A DNA stretch of 64,000 nucleotides from a virus. The stretch is from positions 34,857 to 98,856 of the IMG/VR virus record IMGVR_UViG_3300033145_001746; one strand, written 5' to 3'. Every line of letters begins with the position of its first letter. The stretch's first letter is position 1. Positions 19,372 through 27,983 of the stretch are shown here, piece after piece. Under the pieces are notes generated by a model. The model saw only the letters and a program-made list of their open reading frames with translations, ran no database searches and was not told the DNA's origin. The position numbers and the translations under genes are program-made.

Positions 19372-20142
19372 TTATTCCCACAGGGGTTTAATATTGCCAT
19401 ATTTTCCCTTAGAATTTAAAATTGACATAAGTTCTTGAACAGAATGTTCTCTAAAATAATCATCTATGTCACCTACATTATTAGGAAAAGGGTTAGTTGC
19501 AGATAAAATAATTCCATCATATTGCTTCTTCTCGACAATATTGTCAGCTCGCTGTTGTGCTTCAACTTCATTGTCAAAGAGTAGTACGATATTATCTGTA
19601 TACCTTGAAAGAAGAGCAATGTGTCTTGTGGATAAATATTTACCGCATACCGCTACAACATTCTCCATTCCATGTTGATGAGAGGCTATAACATCAAAAT
19701 AGCCTTCAACCACATATGCTGTACCACTACGCAAAATGCTTTCTCTTGCATAGTTTAAGCCAAAAAGATGATTACTCTTTTTGTATATAGTATTCATATA
19801 TTTAGGAATGGCCTTCTTTGTTCTGTCAGTCTCTGATAAGAGAGTTCTGCCACCCAACGCTATATAATTTCCATATGTATCTTTAATTGGTATTATAAGA
19901 TTCTGAGTTTTAAATCTACTATATGAGGCATGATAAATAATGTCTAGTTCTCTAAGTTTTTTAGGATCTTCTATGTCAAATAGCTCTCGCAAATCTTGTG
20001 GAAATAGTCCTATTTGAAACTTATCAATGAATTCTTTTGTTATTAGCCTTTTTTCGAGTAGATATGCCATCACCTCCTCATCTCTGAGGAGGTGATTATG
20101 GCAAAATCCTGCTACTCGTGCAAAAATCTTACTTGCACTCAC
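19372..20142 (-). CDS. dnaG: DNA primase catalytic core (TOPRIM) lacking the Zn-binding domain
   Basis: YL..R.I, IIPI.D..G..IALGGR, PKYMNT, KS..LFGL, VVEGYFDV, LLFDN, DID. Confidence 0.9.
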   Translation of the reverse strand: MSASKIFARVAGFCHNHLLRDEEVMAYLLEKRLITKEFIDKFQIGLFPQDLRELFDIEDPKKLRELDIIYHASYSRFKTQNLIIPIKDTYGNYIALGGRTLLSETDRTKKAIPKYMNTIYKKSNHLFGLNYARESILRSGTAYVVEGYFDVIASHQHGMENVVAVCGKYLSTRHIALLSRYTDNIVLLFDNEVEAQQRADNIVEKKQYDGIILSATNPFPNNVGDIDDYFREHSVQELMSILNSKGKYGNIKPLWE

Positions 20143-20147
20143 TGTAT

Positions 20148-20477
20148 TTATTCCTTTTCTTCTTTTGCTAAATGAAGCTTAAGGCCATGTAAAAATGCAT
20201 GACTTATCGCAACCTGTGTGCTACAGGTTTTACAGTGTGCCTTACCATCTTCTACAAAAAGCTCTCTGTGCACTTTACATGTTTGGCACAGAGCCTGAAA
20301 GGGCTTATTCATCTTGTTACGAAGCACTTGTCCCATGCTACTTAGAGCTTTCTTTGCAAATGGAGTAATGTTCTTAATGGGGTTTCCACATTCCTCACAT
20401 ATAACCTCTCCAGTATCTCTATTTAACTTGGCCTCACTTGTCTGATTACAGCCCTTAGTTGTACAAACTATAAGCAT
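20148..20477 (-). CDS. Zinc-ribbon protein
   Basis: CTTKGC, CEEC, CQTC and CKTC pairs. Confidence 0.65.
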   Translation of the reverse strand: MLIVCTTKGCNQTSEAKLNRDTGEVICEECGNPIKNITPFAKKALSSMGQVLRNKMNKPFQALCQTCKVHRELFVEDGKAHCKTCSTQVAISHAFLHGLKLHLAKEEKE

Positions 20478-20480
20478 TTC

Positions 20481-21629
20481 CTATTCCTCCTCTATATTTG
20501 ACGCGACCACATCGGTCCACGTTTCTATATTTTCTTCTTCATCCAGTTTCTCTGGTACTAAAATTCCAGATTCCTTTGCTTTTACAACTTCACTAAGAAT
20601 ATCGGCGGCTAGATTGTTTTTCTTTATAGCTTCAAAAAAGTTATCTTTTCCAACATATTTTTGGTCGCCGTAAACATATGTACGATTGTTCGGTCTTTCA
20701 ACTACACCATACTTAATTCCTAATATACCTATTTCCATACATCTATCAACAACGCCCTTGGTATATTGTATTCTGAACTCACACTTTCTTTTAGGTGGAG
20801 CTACTTTATTCTTGTCAATTCGAGCCATTACAACATGACCGATCGGCACATCCTTTTCTGCCCCAATTATCTGGGAGTCTTTATTTGCACGCATAGTGAA
20901 ATGAACCATCATAGAACAATGGTGATTCCATGCTGCTCCACCTGGCGTCTGCTCTGGGTTTCCATAAAGCTGCCCAGGATTTGTGCGAACTTGATTGATT
21001 GCGATAAACATAACTCCCGTTTCACTTAGCAAAGGAATAATTTTACGCAACTCAGGTGGCAGGAACCTAGCCATAAGAGCCATGTTACTTTTACCAGATC
21101 TACTAGCAACTTCTAGTGGCGGAGCTATTGCGGCCACGCTATCCAATACAATAATGCCTAAGCCCGTTGCGTCAGCTCCACCTCTTTCTTTAACAATATC
21201 CAGCAATCCTGGTTTTGCCTTTGGTTTTCCTGGTTCTTTATGTGGCACGCCACACAACTTCTCAAAAATCTCTGCTCCATTATTGGATCTTAGAACCCTA
21301 AGTTTTGCGGGACTTGTATCCACCCCAAGCATTTCTGCCCATCTTTTATCAAAGCTACACTCCGCATCAATGAAATACGCCCAATTCTTGGGATCTTTAC
21401 CTTGCCACTCCTTAATAGCCATTAAGCTCATAAGTGTCTTTCCACTACTTTGCTTGCCAGCATATTGAACTAATCTTCCTCGTGGGTTCCCCCAAAGTCC
21501 CAGAATATCATCTAATACATGACTTCCAGAAGATAATGTTTCTATCGCCTCTATTTCTGCCATGCCATCATCGCCATAGAGTTTTTCCATTTGTATCCAA
21601 ATAGACTCTTGGCTAGTTTGTTTCGCCAT
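20481..21629 (-). CDS. recA: RecA/UvsX recombinase
   Basis: PRGRLVQYAGKQSSGKT, FIDAE, VLDSVAA, INQVR, GNPEQTPGG, KNKVAPP. Confidence 0.95.
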   Translation of the reverse strand: MAKQTSQESIWIQMEKLYGDDGMAEIEAIETLSSGSHVLDDILGLWGNPRGRLVQYAGKQSSGKTLMSLMAIKEWQGKDPKNWAYFIDAECSFDKRWAEMLGVDTSPAKLRVLRSNNGAEIFEKLCGVPHKEPGKPKAKPGLLDIVKERGGADATGLGIIVLDSVAAIAPPLEVASRSGKSNMALMARFLPPELRKIIPLLSETGVMFIAINQVRTNPGQLYGNPEQTPGGAAWNHHCSMMVHFTMRANKDSQIIGAEKDVPIGHVVMARIDKNKVAPPKRKCEFRIQYTKGVVDRCMEIGILGIKYGVVERPNNRTYVYGDQKYVGKDNFFEAIKKNNLAADILSEVVKAKESGILVPEKLDEEENIETWTDVVASNIEEE

Positions 21630-22596
21630 CTTCTCCTCCTTTTAAAGTGGTATCAAGCTTTTTTAACAAGCTCTTTTGTTCCACTGTAAGTTTGTTCGGT
21701 AGCTTAACATTTATTCGAATAAGGTGGTCGCCGCGATTGTTGAACGGATCTTTCATCCCAGCTCCACGTATTCTAATCATGTTTCCTGGTTGACAAGTAG
21801 GTTTTACCTTTAAATTCTTGTCTCCAGATATTGTCTTGACTATTACATCTCCGCCTAACATTGCGGTGAAGATATCAATGGTAACACTACTTTGTATATC
21901 CATCATATTTTCTAGTAAAATAAAATCTTTATGCGGCTTAAAAAGCACAATTACATTCAGATTATGTTCTATGGTAAGTACCGTTCCATAGGCTATGCCT
22001 GGAGGAATACTTACTGTAATTTGCTTAGAAACTTTTTTGCGACCAACGCCTCCACAATCTGTACATGATGCCACAATTTCTTTCCCAAATCCACGGCACT
22101 TTTTACATGTAGTAATCATGCGTACAGCACCCACTTGGCTACCGATTTGTCCAGATCCTTTACAATTCTGACACGGAGTAGCTGGCTTAAACTGAACCCC
22201 AGATCCTTGACAAGTGCCGCACTCTAAATTTCCACCTACATCAAGTTTCTTTATACAACCATTAAACGCTTCTTCCATAGAGATAAGAATTTTTCCAGTT
22301 CTTATCTCATATCTGTGATGGGTCCTTCTACCAAAAGGACCTGAACTAAAAGCTCTCTTAAACAAATCATCTATATTAATGTTGATCTGTCCAAAATCCT
22401 CCATTGGAGGTTTCCAGTTATTATTTTTGAGCGTTTCATATGCGGCAGCTATTTCTTTAAACTTATCTTCAGCATCACCTTTATTATCTTGGTGACGATC
22501 TGGATGCCATTTCAAAGCAAGTTCTTTATAAATCTTTTTAATATCTGCTTCTGATGCGTTTGGCTCCAAGCCTAGAATCTCACAAGGATCTTTCAT
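21613..22596 (-). CDS. dnaJ: DnaJ chaperone
   Basis: J domain with HPD, four CxxCxGxG repeats, C-terminal substrate-binding region (GxGM...GD). Confidence 0.95.
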   Translation of the reverse strand: MKDPCEILGLEPNASEADIKKIYKELALKWHPDRHQDNKGDAEDKFKEIAAAYETLKNNNWKPPMEDFGQININIDDLFKRAFSSGPFGRRTHHRYEIRTGKILISMEEAFNGCIKKLDVGGNLECGTCQGSGVQFKPATPCQNCKGSGQIGSQVGAVRMITTCKKCRGFGKEIVASCTDCGGVGRKKVSKQITVSIPPGIAYGTVLTIEHNLNVIVLFKPHKDFILLENMMDIQSSVTIDIFTAMLGGDVIVKTISGDKNLKVKPTCQPGNMIRIRGAGMKDPFNNRGDHLIRINVKLPNKLTVEQKSLLKKLDTTLKGGEDGETN

Positions 22597-23210
22597 TTTA
22601 CAGTTTCCTTATATATTATATCCAGAGCACTCGCCCATCCTGTCGCTATGCCATCGCCTTCGTCATAGGTCTCATCTGCTACATTGCCTTTAGTATTTAA
22701 AATATTCTCAAATCCAGGTTCTAGCTCGGCTCTAATTATATCTGGTAAGTCAGTCTTTGCGATTTTATTAACCACACTGTCACAATGATTCTTTATAAGC
22801 TTTCTAATGGTTTGAACTGGATAAAACTTTACATCTGCGTTAGAGTGTCTATACGCCGACAAGGCTATAATTCTATTAAAAATTGCCAGTGTAGTAATAG
22901 TTTTAGCCCCAGATCTTCCTTTCATAAAAAGTAAAATATCTTCTATAGCTATGAGAGTTGGATCAAAATCTTCGCAAATCTTTCCAACTCTTTGATAAAC
23001 ATCATCCAATCTATGTATTAAAGGGTTCTTACTATTAAGCGGCTTCAGATGACCGTGTGCAACCAAGGATGGCTTGTCTCTGGTGATTGTTACAAGCCCC
23101 CATCCAACTGTGCTAGAACTACAGTCAAGTCCAAGAACTCTCGTTTTAGCCGTTTTATATCTACGACGAGGAATCTTTACCAACCTCTCTTTTGGTTTTT
23201 TCTTCGCCAC
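22593..23210 (-). CDS. ruvC: RuvC-like Holliday junction resolvase
   Basis: VLGLDCSSSTVGWG, IAIED and DEGDGIA give the acidic catalytic tetrad. Confidence 0.8.
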   Translation of the reverse strand: MAKKKPKERLVKIPRRRYKTAKTRVLGLDCSSSTVGWGLVTITRDKPSLVAHGHLKPLNSKNPLIHRLDDVYQRVGKICEDFDPTLIAIEDILLFMKGRSGAKTITTLAIFNRIIALSAYRHSNADVKFYPVQTIRKLIKNHCDSVVNKIAKTDLPDIIRAELEPGFENILNTKGNVADETYDEGDGIATGWASALDIIYKETVK

Positions 23211-23211
23211 G

Positions 23212-23838
23212 TTAATTTACCTCTATATCTTGTTTATAATAGTCATCTAACATGCTAAGAAAAAAGCTGAGTTTATGACCAACAAAACCTATGTCTTTAT
23301 TATTTTTCTTTTCAAACTTCATACATCTAAATGCTATGTCAGCCATATCATCTTTTCCTTCTTCTGACATAGCATCACTAAAATCTTGCCACGAGCCATT
23401 ATATAACTGATCTCTTAACGCCGCTAATTGTTCTGGGTATATGTCAACAACCTCAATATCACCAAACATCGAAATATCTAATATGCTGAAATCTAATTGT
23501 CTAGTAAACTCTTTAGTAAACTCTTTTATTTCAGATAAACATGCGTGAATTCTTTTAAGATATTTATTTAAAGACTTCACAGATGGCAACACAGTGCCAA
23601 TTAAGAAAACCATGTTGGGATCATCTTCACCGCCAAACTTTGGCGGCGAACATCCAAATCCATGTCTGTGACCAATATCCATTATTGTAAATACTAGTTT
23701 TTGGCTTATATTATCTCTATCGAAAACCACTTTAGCTTCAAGCCTTGGAGGTTTCGAAGACACATATAATACTTTAAAATCTTCCAGCTCAATAACGTCT
23801 ACGCTAACATCAGCAACAGTATTTTTAGCCATTTTCAC
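23212..23838 (-). CDS. Hypothetical protein
   Basis: Long ORF in operon; no recognised family. Confidence 0.65.
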   Translation of the reverse strand: MKMAKNTVADVSVDVIELEDFKVLYVSSKPPRLEAKVVFDRDNISQKLVFTIMDIGHRHGFGCSPPKFGGEDDPNMVFLIGTVLPSVKSLNKYLKRIHACLSEIKEFTKEFTRQLDFSILDISMFGDIEVVDIYPEQLAALRDQLYNGSWQDFSDAMSEEGKDDMADIAFRCMKFEKKNNKDIGFVGHKLSFFLSMLDDYYKQDIEVN

Positions 23839-23848
23839 CTACGAGAAT

Positions 23849-23899
23849 AACCAGCGGGCTCCGTAGACCGCGTTTAGTATTTGGAGCCCGCTGGTTTTT
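23849..23899. terminator. 14-bp GC-rich inverted repeat downstream of ssb (terminator or stabilising hairpin)
   Basis: AACCAGCGGGCTCC-N20-GGAGCCCGCTGGTT. A T run follows on +, and a weak U-tract (TTATTCT) on -. Confidence 0.55.
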
Positions 23900-23904
23900 A
23901 TTTA

Positions 23905-24597
23905 TTACAGGTCTTCGTCTCCGAAATCGAAAGTGTCGTCTTCGATAGTTGGCTTAACGCCAGCTTCTGTATTAGTGACGGTTTTTGTGCCAACAGCGTA
24001 CTGTTGACCGGCGGGAGTTGCCCCATTTCCGCCTACCGGCGCACCCATCTTCTCTGCCACTTCCTCAGGCGTAGAAGGCTGGGTAAACTTGGAAATATCC
24101 ACTCTTTCGAGAAAGTTCTCAACGAGAGTTACTTCTTCTGCGGTTATATCCTTCATTTTCGGACTACCCATAACAGTATAGAGAGGTTGTGTTCCCTTAG
24201 GGCCACGCTTGACATTGATATCATATGCCATAATCTCTCCCCAGCTATGCTTAATCATTTCTCCCCAATCTGGAGAAGCGACATAGTCCTTTACACCCTT
24301 GTAGATCTGGCTTCCAATCTCAAGGATTTTTGTCTGACCGCTTTTGCGATCAATTACTCCTAAATACCAGCGAGTTTGAGCTTTAACTCCGGACCTGCAC
24401 AAAGGACAATCGTTAATTGCGCATCGGATTTTACGGTTACTACCGGTTGCATCCTTGGTCCAGTGTACGACGAATTGAAAAGGATTGGTTACAACCCTTA
24501 CATTATTATTTCCTTCCACTAGATTCATGAAATCATTTGGGCCTGAAACGTCTCCGTCATCCCAGCTTGCTAGCTGTCCATATTTTACTTCGGCCAT
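23905..24597 (-). CDS. Phage single-stranded DNA-binding protein (gp32-like)
   Basis: Aromatic-rich OB-like core, HW...CAINDCPLC Zn-like motif, acidic tail DDTFDFGDEDL, strong SD, in a recombination cluster. Confidence 0.7.
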   Translation of the reverse strand: MAEVKYGQLASWDDGDVSGPNDFMNLVEGNNNVRVVTNPFQFVVHWTKDATGSNRKIRCAINDCPLCRSGVKAQTRWYLGVIDRKSGQTKILEIGSQIYKGVKDYVASPDWGEMIKHSWGEIMAYDINVKRGPKGTQPLYTVMGSPKMKDITAEEVTLVENFLERVDISKFTQPSTPEEVAEKMGAPVGGNGATPAGQQYAVGTKTVTNTEAGVKPTIEDDTFDFGDEDL

Positions 24598-24714
24598 TTT
24601 TGTATCCTCCTAGGATTCCCTTGGTGCTCGTTGCACATAGTCGGGATGTTAAGTTGCGATGTAATTTTGCCAAAACCAACATTTTGACTTCTTCAACGAT
24701 ACATCTAACGCGAT

Positions 24715-25275
24715 CTATATTAATGATATAATTTTAATAATTTCGACTTGTCTTTTTGGTGGCAATAATTTGAAAAAAGGCCAATCATAAAGAAACTTAT
24801 CATTTTTACTACTATTACACAGCCTACAAACTGGTACTAAATTTCTTTTATTATGTTGCCCACCCTTACTTAATGGTAGAATGTGATCCACTGATCTATT
24901 TATCTTTGTTAGTGGAACTCCACAATAAATACACCTCCAATCACATAACTCCATTATATCTTTCCATTCTGCTGTGGAAATCTCGGAACTTCCTATAATT
25001 TTTAATCTTCTGGCACGACTATTAGTCGATATATTTGGATTTTTTAAGTAGTATTGCCGCTTTTTCCTAGCAAGTTGTTTTTTATTATTTATATTATACT
25101 GTCTGTTTTTTTCAGCAATTTGCTCTTTATGTCCTAAATAATACTGCTTTCCATATTCAGATATCTTTTCTTTATTATCTTCTCTATATTGTGTTTTATA
25201 CTTAAATATCTTTTCTTTATTATTTTCTCCATATTGCTTTTTGTATTCAGCAATTTGTTTTTTAGTCTGAACCAC
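24715..25275 (-). CDS. HNH endonuclease
   Basis: CIYCG...VDHILPLSKGGQH...NLVPVCRLCNSSK; N-terminal QYxxxNKEKI repeats. Confidence 0.9.
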   Translation of the reverse strand: MVQTKKQIAEYKKQYGENNKEKIFKYKTQYREDNKEKISEYGKQYYLGHKEQIAEKNRQYNINNKKQLARKKRQYYLKNPNISTNSRARRLKIIGSSEISTAEWKDIMELCDWRCIYCGVPLTKINRSVDHILPLSKGGQHNKRNLVPVCRLCNSSKNDKFLYDWPFFKLLPPKRQVEIIKIISLI

Positions 25276-25587
25276 TTAACGCGGTCTATACATTAAATTT
25301 TTAATGTGATCTATATTATTTATCGGTATCATTACCGAACAAACTTCGTTTGTAGCTATCAAATTATCGAGAGCTTTGGTTCTGGGGAAAATATGGGTCA
25401 GGTTACAGATCCAAAAGCCTGTTAAGTCAAGCATCCCCGTTGCTGGCGAGCGACCTATATCTACTTTTTTCATAACAATGAAAAAACGCTCTTCTCCCTT
25501 AGCCGTTAGCTTTTTCATGGCTATAGCATAGAACGGGGGTTTCTGCTCTATACCGACATGTATATCCATATTAAAATTTTCTACCAT
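25276..25587 (-). CDS. Hypothetical protein
   Basis: ORF in operon. Confidence 0.55.
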   Translation of the reverse strand: MVENFNMDIHVGIEQKPPFYAIAMKKLTAKGEERFFIVMKKVDIGRSPATGMLDLTGFWICNLTHIFPRTKALDNLIATNEVCSVMIPINNIDHIKNLMYRPR

Positions 25588-26105
25588 TTTCGTTCACCAT
25601 AAGTTTTTTCATCATCGGAACTTCCAGCAGTTTGTGAAAAACCAGATGCTCTTTGATGTTTATACTCTCCTCTAAGACGTTCTTTCATATATTGATGTGC
25701 TTTTAAAAACCAATCGTGCCGATGATCAAAATTCTTTTTTACGACATAAGCTTCATTATATCTGTTTTCAGCATCAATGAAGTCTTGATGGCTTTCTGAA
25801 TACGCCTCTCTATCACGTACAGTTGTGTAGCCCTGATCTCTGGCAGCTAGAAATAATCTTTGCTTGATTGTATTTCTACTTAACTTAGTTCTAGCCTCTA
25901 ACAATGTTAAAGTAGATAAAATTTCACTACACCTATCAGCTGCTCTAAGATATCTGGCCGCCAGTTTCTCTGCATTTGGAATATCCAAATTGGCATCTCT
26001 GGGCATAGAGTGTGCCAACTCAGTAAACTCCATTATATCAATTGATAATGGATTAAAATTATCCAGATCCAAGGCTTGTCTAAACGTCAGTGCTGCTTCG
26101 CTCAT
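25581..26105 (-). CDS. Helical hypothetical protein (UvsY-like recombination mediator possible)
   Basis: Coiled-coil character with TVRDREAY; near ssb and recA. The function is inference. Confidence 0.4.
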   Translation of the reverse strand: MSEAALTFRQALDLDNFNPLSIDIMEFTELAHSMPRDANLDIPNAEKLAARYLRAADRCSEILSTLTLLEARTKLSRNTIKQRLFLAARDQGYTTVRDREAYSESHQDFIDAENRYNEAYVVKKNFDHRHDWFLKAHQYMKERLRGEYKHQRASGFSQTAGSSDDEKTYGERKW

Positions 26106-26373
26106 CTTTCAAGCTCCTAACCCAACTTTCCATGCGCCTCAAACGCTGGTTGATCATAAGATTTTGCAAAAACAGAATGGCAGCCCAAGCCACTTCTTTA
26201 CCAAGTGGCGGGCGAATTACTGTAATACAACCCTCTAAATCAACATCAAACATATCGTGGAACATATTTTTACCAGAATATGTTCCATTCGTAAAACTTT
26301 TAACAAGTTGGTTATAATATTTAAATTCTTCTTTTGTTATCTCAACTTGCTTGAAATCTATAATTTGAAGCAT
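26080..26373 (-). CDS. Hypothetical protein
   Basis: TGATG-coupled ORF. Confidence 0.6.
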   Translation of the reverse strand: MLQIIDFKQVEITKEEFKYYNQLVKSFTNGTYSGKNMFHDMFDVDLEGCITVIRPPLGKEVAWAAILFLQNLMINQRLRRMESWVRSLKDERSSTDV

Positions 26374-26987
26374 CAGTCGCTCCTGCGGAAAGATCCTTCG
26401 CCACCACCTTCCATGGCCCTTCTTTGTTTAGCCAATCGAGCCACACGCTCTCTTTCCAAGAGGGGGCTGGATGCTCCCTCACTAAAAACAGAATCAACAA
26501 TCGGCATATCTTCCCCTTCAAAACTAGAGTCCGGGAAAATCTCTGAAGCTTCAGCCTGTAGCTGATCCACCATTTGATACTTATCCCTAACGGCATTCTC
26601 CATAATCTGCTCTCTTTCTCGATCAGAGACGCCTTCTGGGACTTGTGGGGCCACGACGTTACCACCTTCTTGCTGCTGCATGGCTCTTTGCATCGTACTT
26701 GGAGGAGCCACCTTATGTTGTGATCTTGGAGGATTATGTACTACCGCCTTCGCCGTAATAGTGTCTCTAGCCAGAGCAAGGTCGTACTTAGCTACTATGG
26801 CTAAAGCTATTTTGTGAGCCGTATCTTCCCTCACCGGAGCCTCTGCCAAAATAGTTCTTCCAACATCCTCTATAAGGGCCATAGATTCTTCATCCATGAT
26901 ATTGCCACCACAATAAGGGCACTCATTGCGGGCCATGGCATGTTTGAATGTTGAAAGAATGTCGGCCCCACATGATACACACTGCAT
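26373..26987 (-). CDS. Zn-ribbon hypothetical protein
   Basis: MQCVSCG...CPYCG; SD GAGG. Confidence 0.65.
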   Translation of the reverse strand: MQCVSCGADILSTFKHAMARNECPYCGGNIMDEESMALIEDVGRTILAEAPVREDTAHKIALAIVAKYDLALARDTITAKAVVHNPPRSQHKVAPPSTMQRAMQQQEGGNVVAPQVPEGVSDREREQIMENAVRDKYQMVDQLQAEASEIFPDSSFEGEDMPIVDSVFSEGASSPLLERERVARLAKQRRAMEGGGEGSFRRSD

Positions 26988-27021
26988 ATTAAATTACCTC
27001 TCTACCTACTAATTTAGTTCC

Positions 27022-27030
27022 TATTAGTAG
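27022..27030 (-). promoter_or_regulatory. Candidate promoter CTACTAATA (with inverted CTACTAAT copy at 27006-27013)
   Basis: Lies 35 nt upstream of the ATG at 26987; same motif as the other three sites. Confidence 0.45.
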
Positions 27031-27041
27031 ATTGTCAAGAA

Positions 27042-27983
27042 CTATTTTCCCCATTTGTAAATTATATTATATCCATCTCTTTCTAGGTCTTCAATTCTTG
27101 ATAAAGTGTTATTATATAATTCTCCAAAAGATTTTTTATTTATAGGATTTATATCTTTTGGATCAAACATTTTTGGGTTGCCGTGCCAAAAATCTCCGAA
27201 ATATTCGTATATAGTATTACTTTCTGGATCATAGGCGTCCACTATATATCTATGATTATTACACTTTATCATAATTTCTCTATTTTCATATGGAATGCTC
27301 AGCTTATCTAACCATCTAGAACCAGAAATAGAAACAGGAGATTTCGCACATTTCGGACATCCATGTTTTTCGCGCGAACTAATAATAGCAGACCACTCAT
27401 ATTTACAGTTTTTACACAACCACCAAACTTTTTTGTGACTTTTCGAGGTAAAATTATCTGGCCCCAATTCATTTTTATTATAATTCCATTCTGTGGCTAT
27501 ATGTGGCAACAGCGCTGCTAGTGAATTAATTCTAGTCGCCACCTTGCCATTACATGCTGGGCAACCACTTCCGCTGTATCTGTGGATTATTCTAGTTTTC
27601 CACTTATAACTACACTTATTACATACCCACCAAACCTTTTTATGGCTACCACACATTATTTCTTTTGGGCTTTCACTATTACGTTTATAGTCCCATTCAC
27701 TGATAAGTTGTGGGTTTTTAAAAGCTAAACAGTTATTATCATTAACTATTTTGCCGGCACACGAAGGGCAACCATTGCCATTAGCCCTGTTTAACACTTT
27801 TGCTTGCCATTCGTATTTACAGTTTTTACACAACCACCAGACTGATCTGCCACTTTTTGCGAACGTGTTAGATGGCTTATATTTTTTATTCTTGTTTGGG
27901 TGCCACTCTTTTGTTAGTTCTGGATAAACTACTTCTAGACACCTATTTTTATTAGGAAATCTCATAGATAATTTACCCTCCAT
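27042..27983 (-). CDS. Putative homing endonuclease: DUF4379-like Zn-ribbon repeats + Vsr/PD-(D/E)XK-like domain (family B)
   Basis: Three EW..KN...S.KKVWW.C..C..EW...GCP.C repeats, then VDAYD...IYEYFGDFWHGNP. Confidence 0.75.
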   Translation of the reverse strand: MEGKLSMRFPNKNRCLEVVYPELTKEWHPNKNKKYKPSNTFAKSGRSVWWLCKNCKYEWQAKVLNRANGNGCPSCAGKIVNDNNCLAFKNPQLISEWDYKRNSESPKEIMCGSHKKVWWVCNKCSYKWKTRIIHRYSGSGCPACNGKVATRINSLAALLPHIATEWNYNKNELGPDNFTSKSHKKVWWLCKNCKYEWSAIISSREKHGCPKCAKSPVSISGSRWLDKLSIPYENREIMIKCNNHRYIVDAYDPESNTIYEYFGDFWHGNPKMFDPKDINPINKKSFGELYNNTLSRIEDLERDGYNIIYKWGK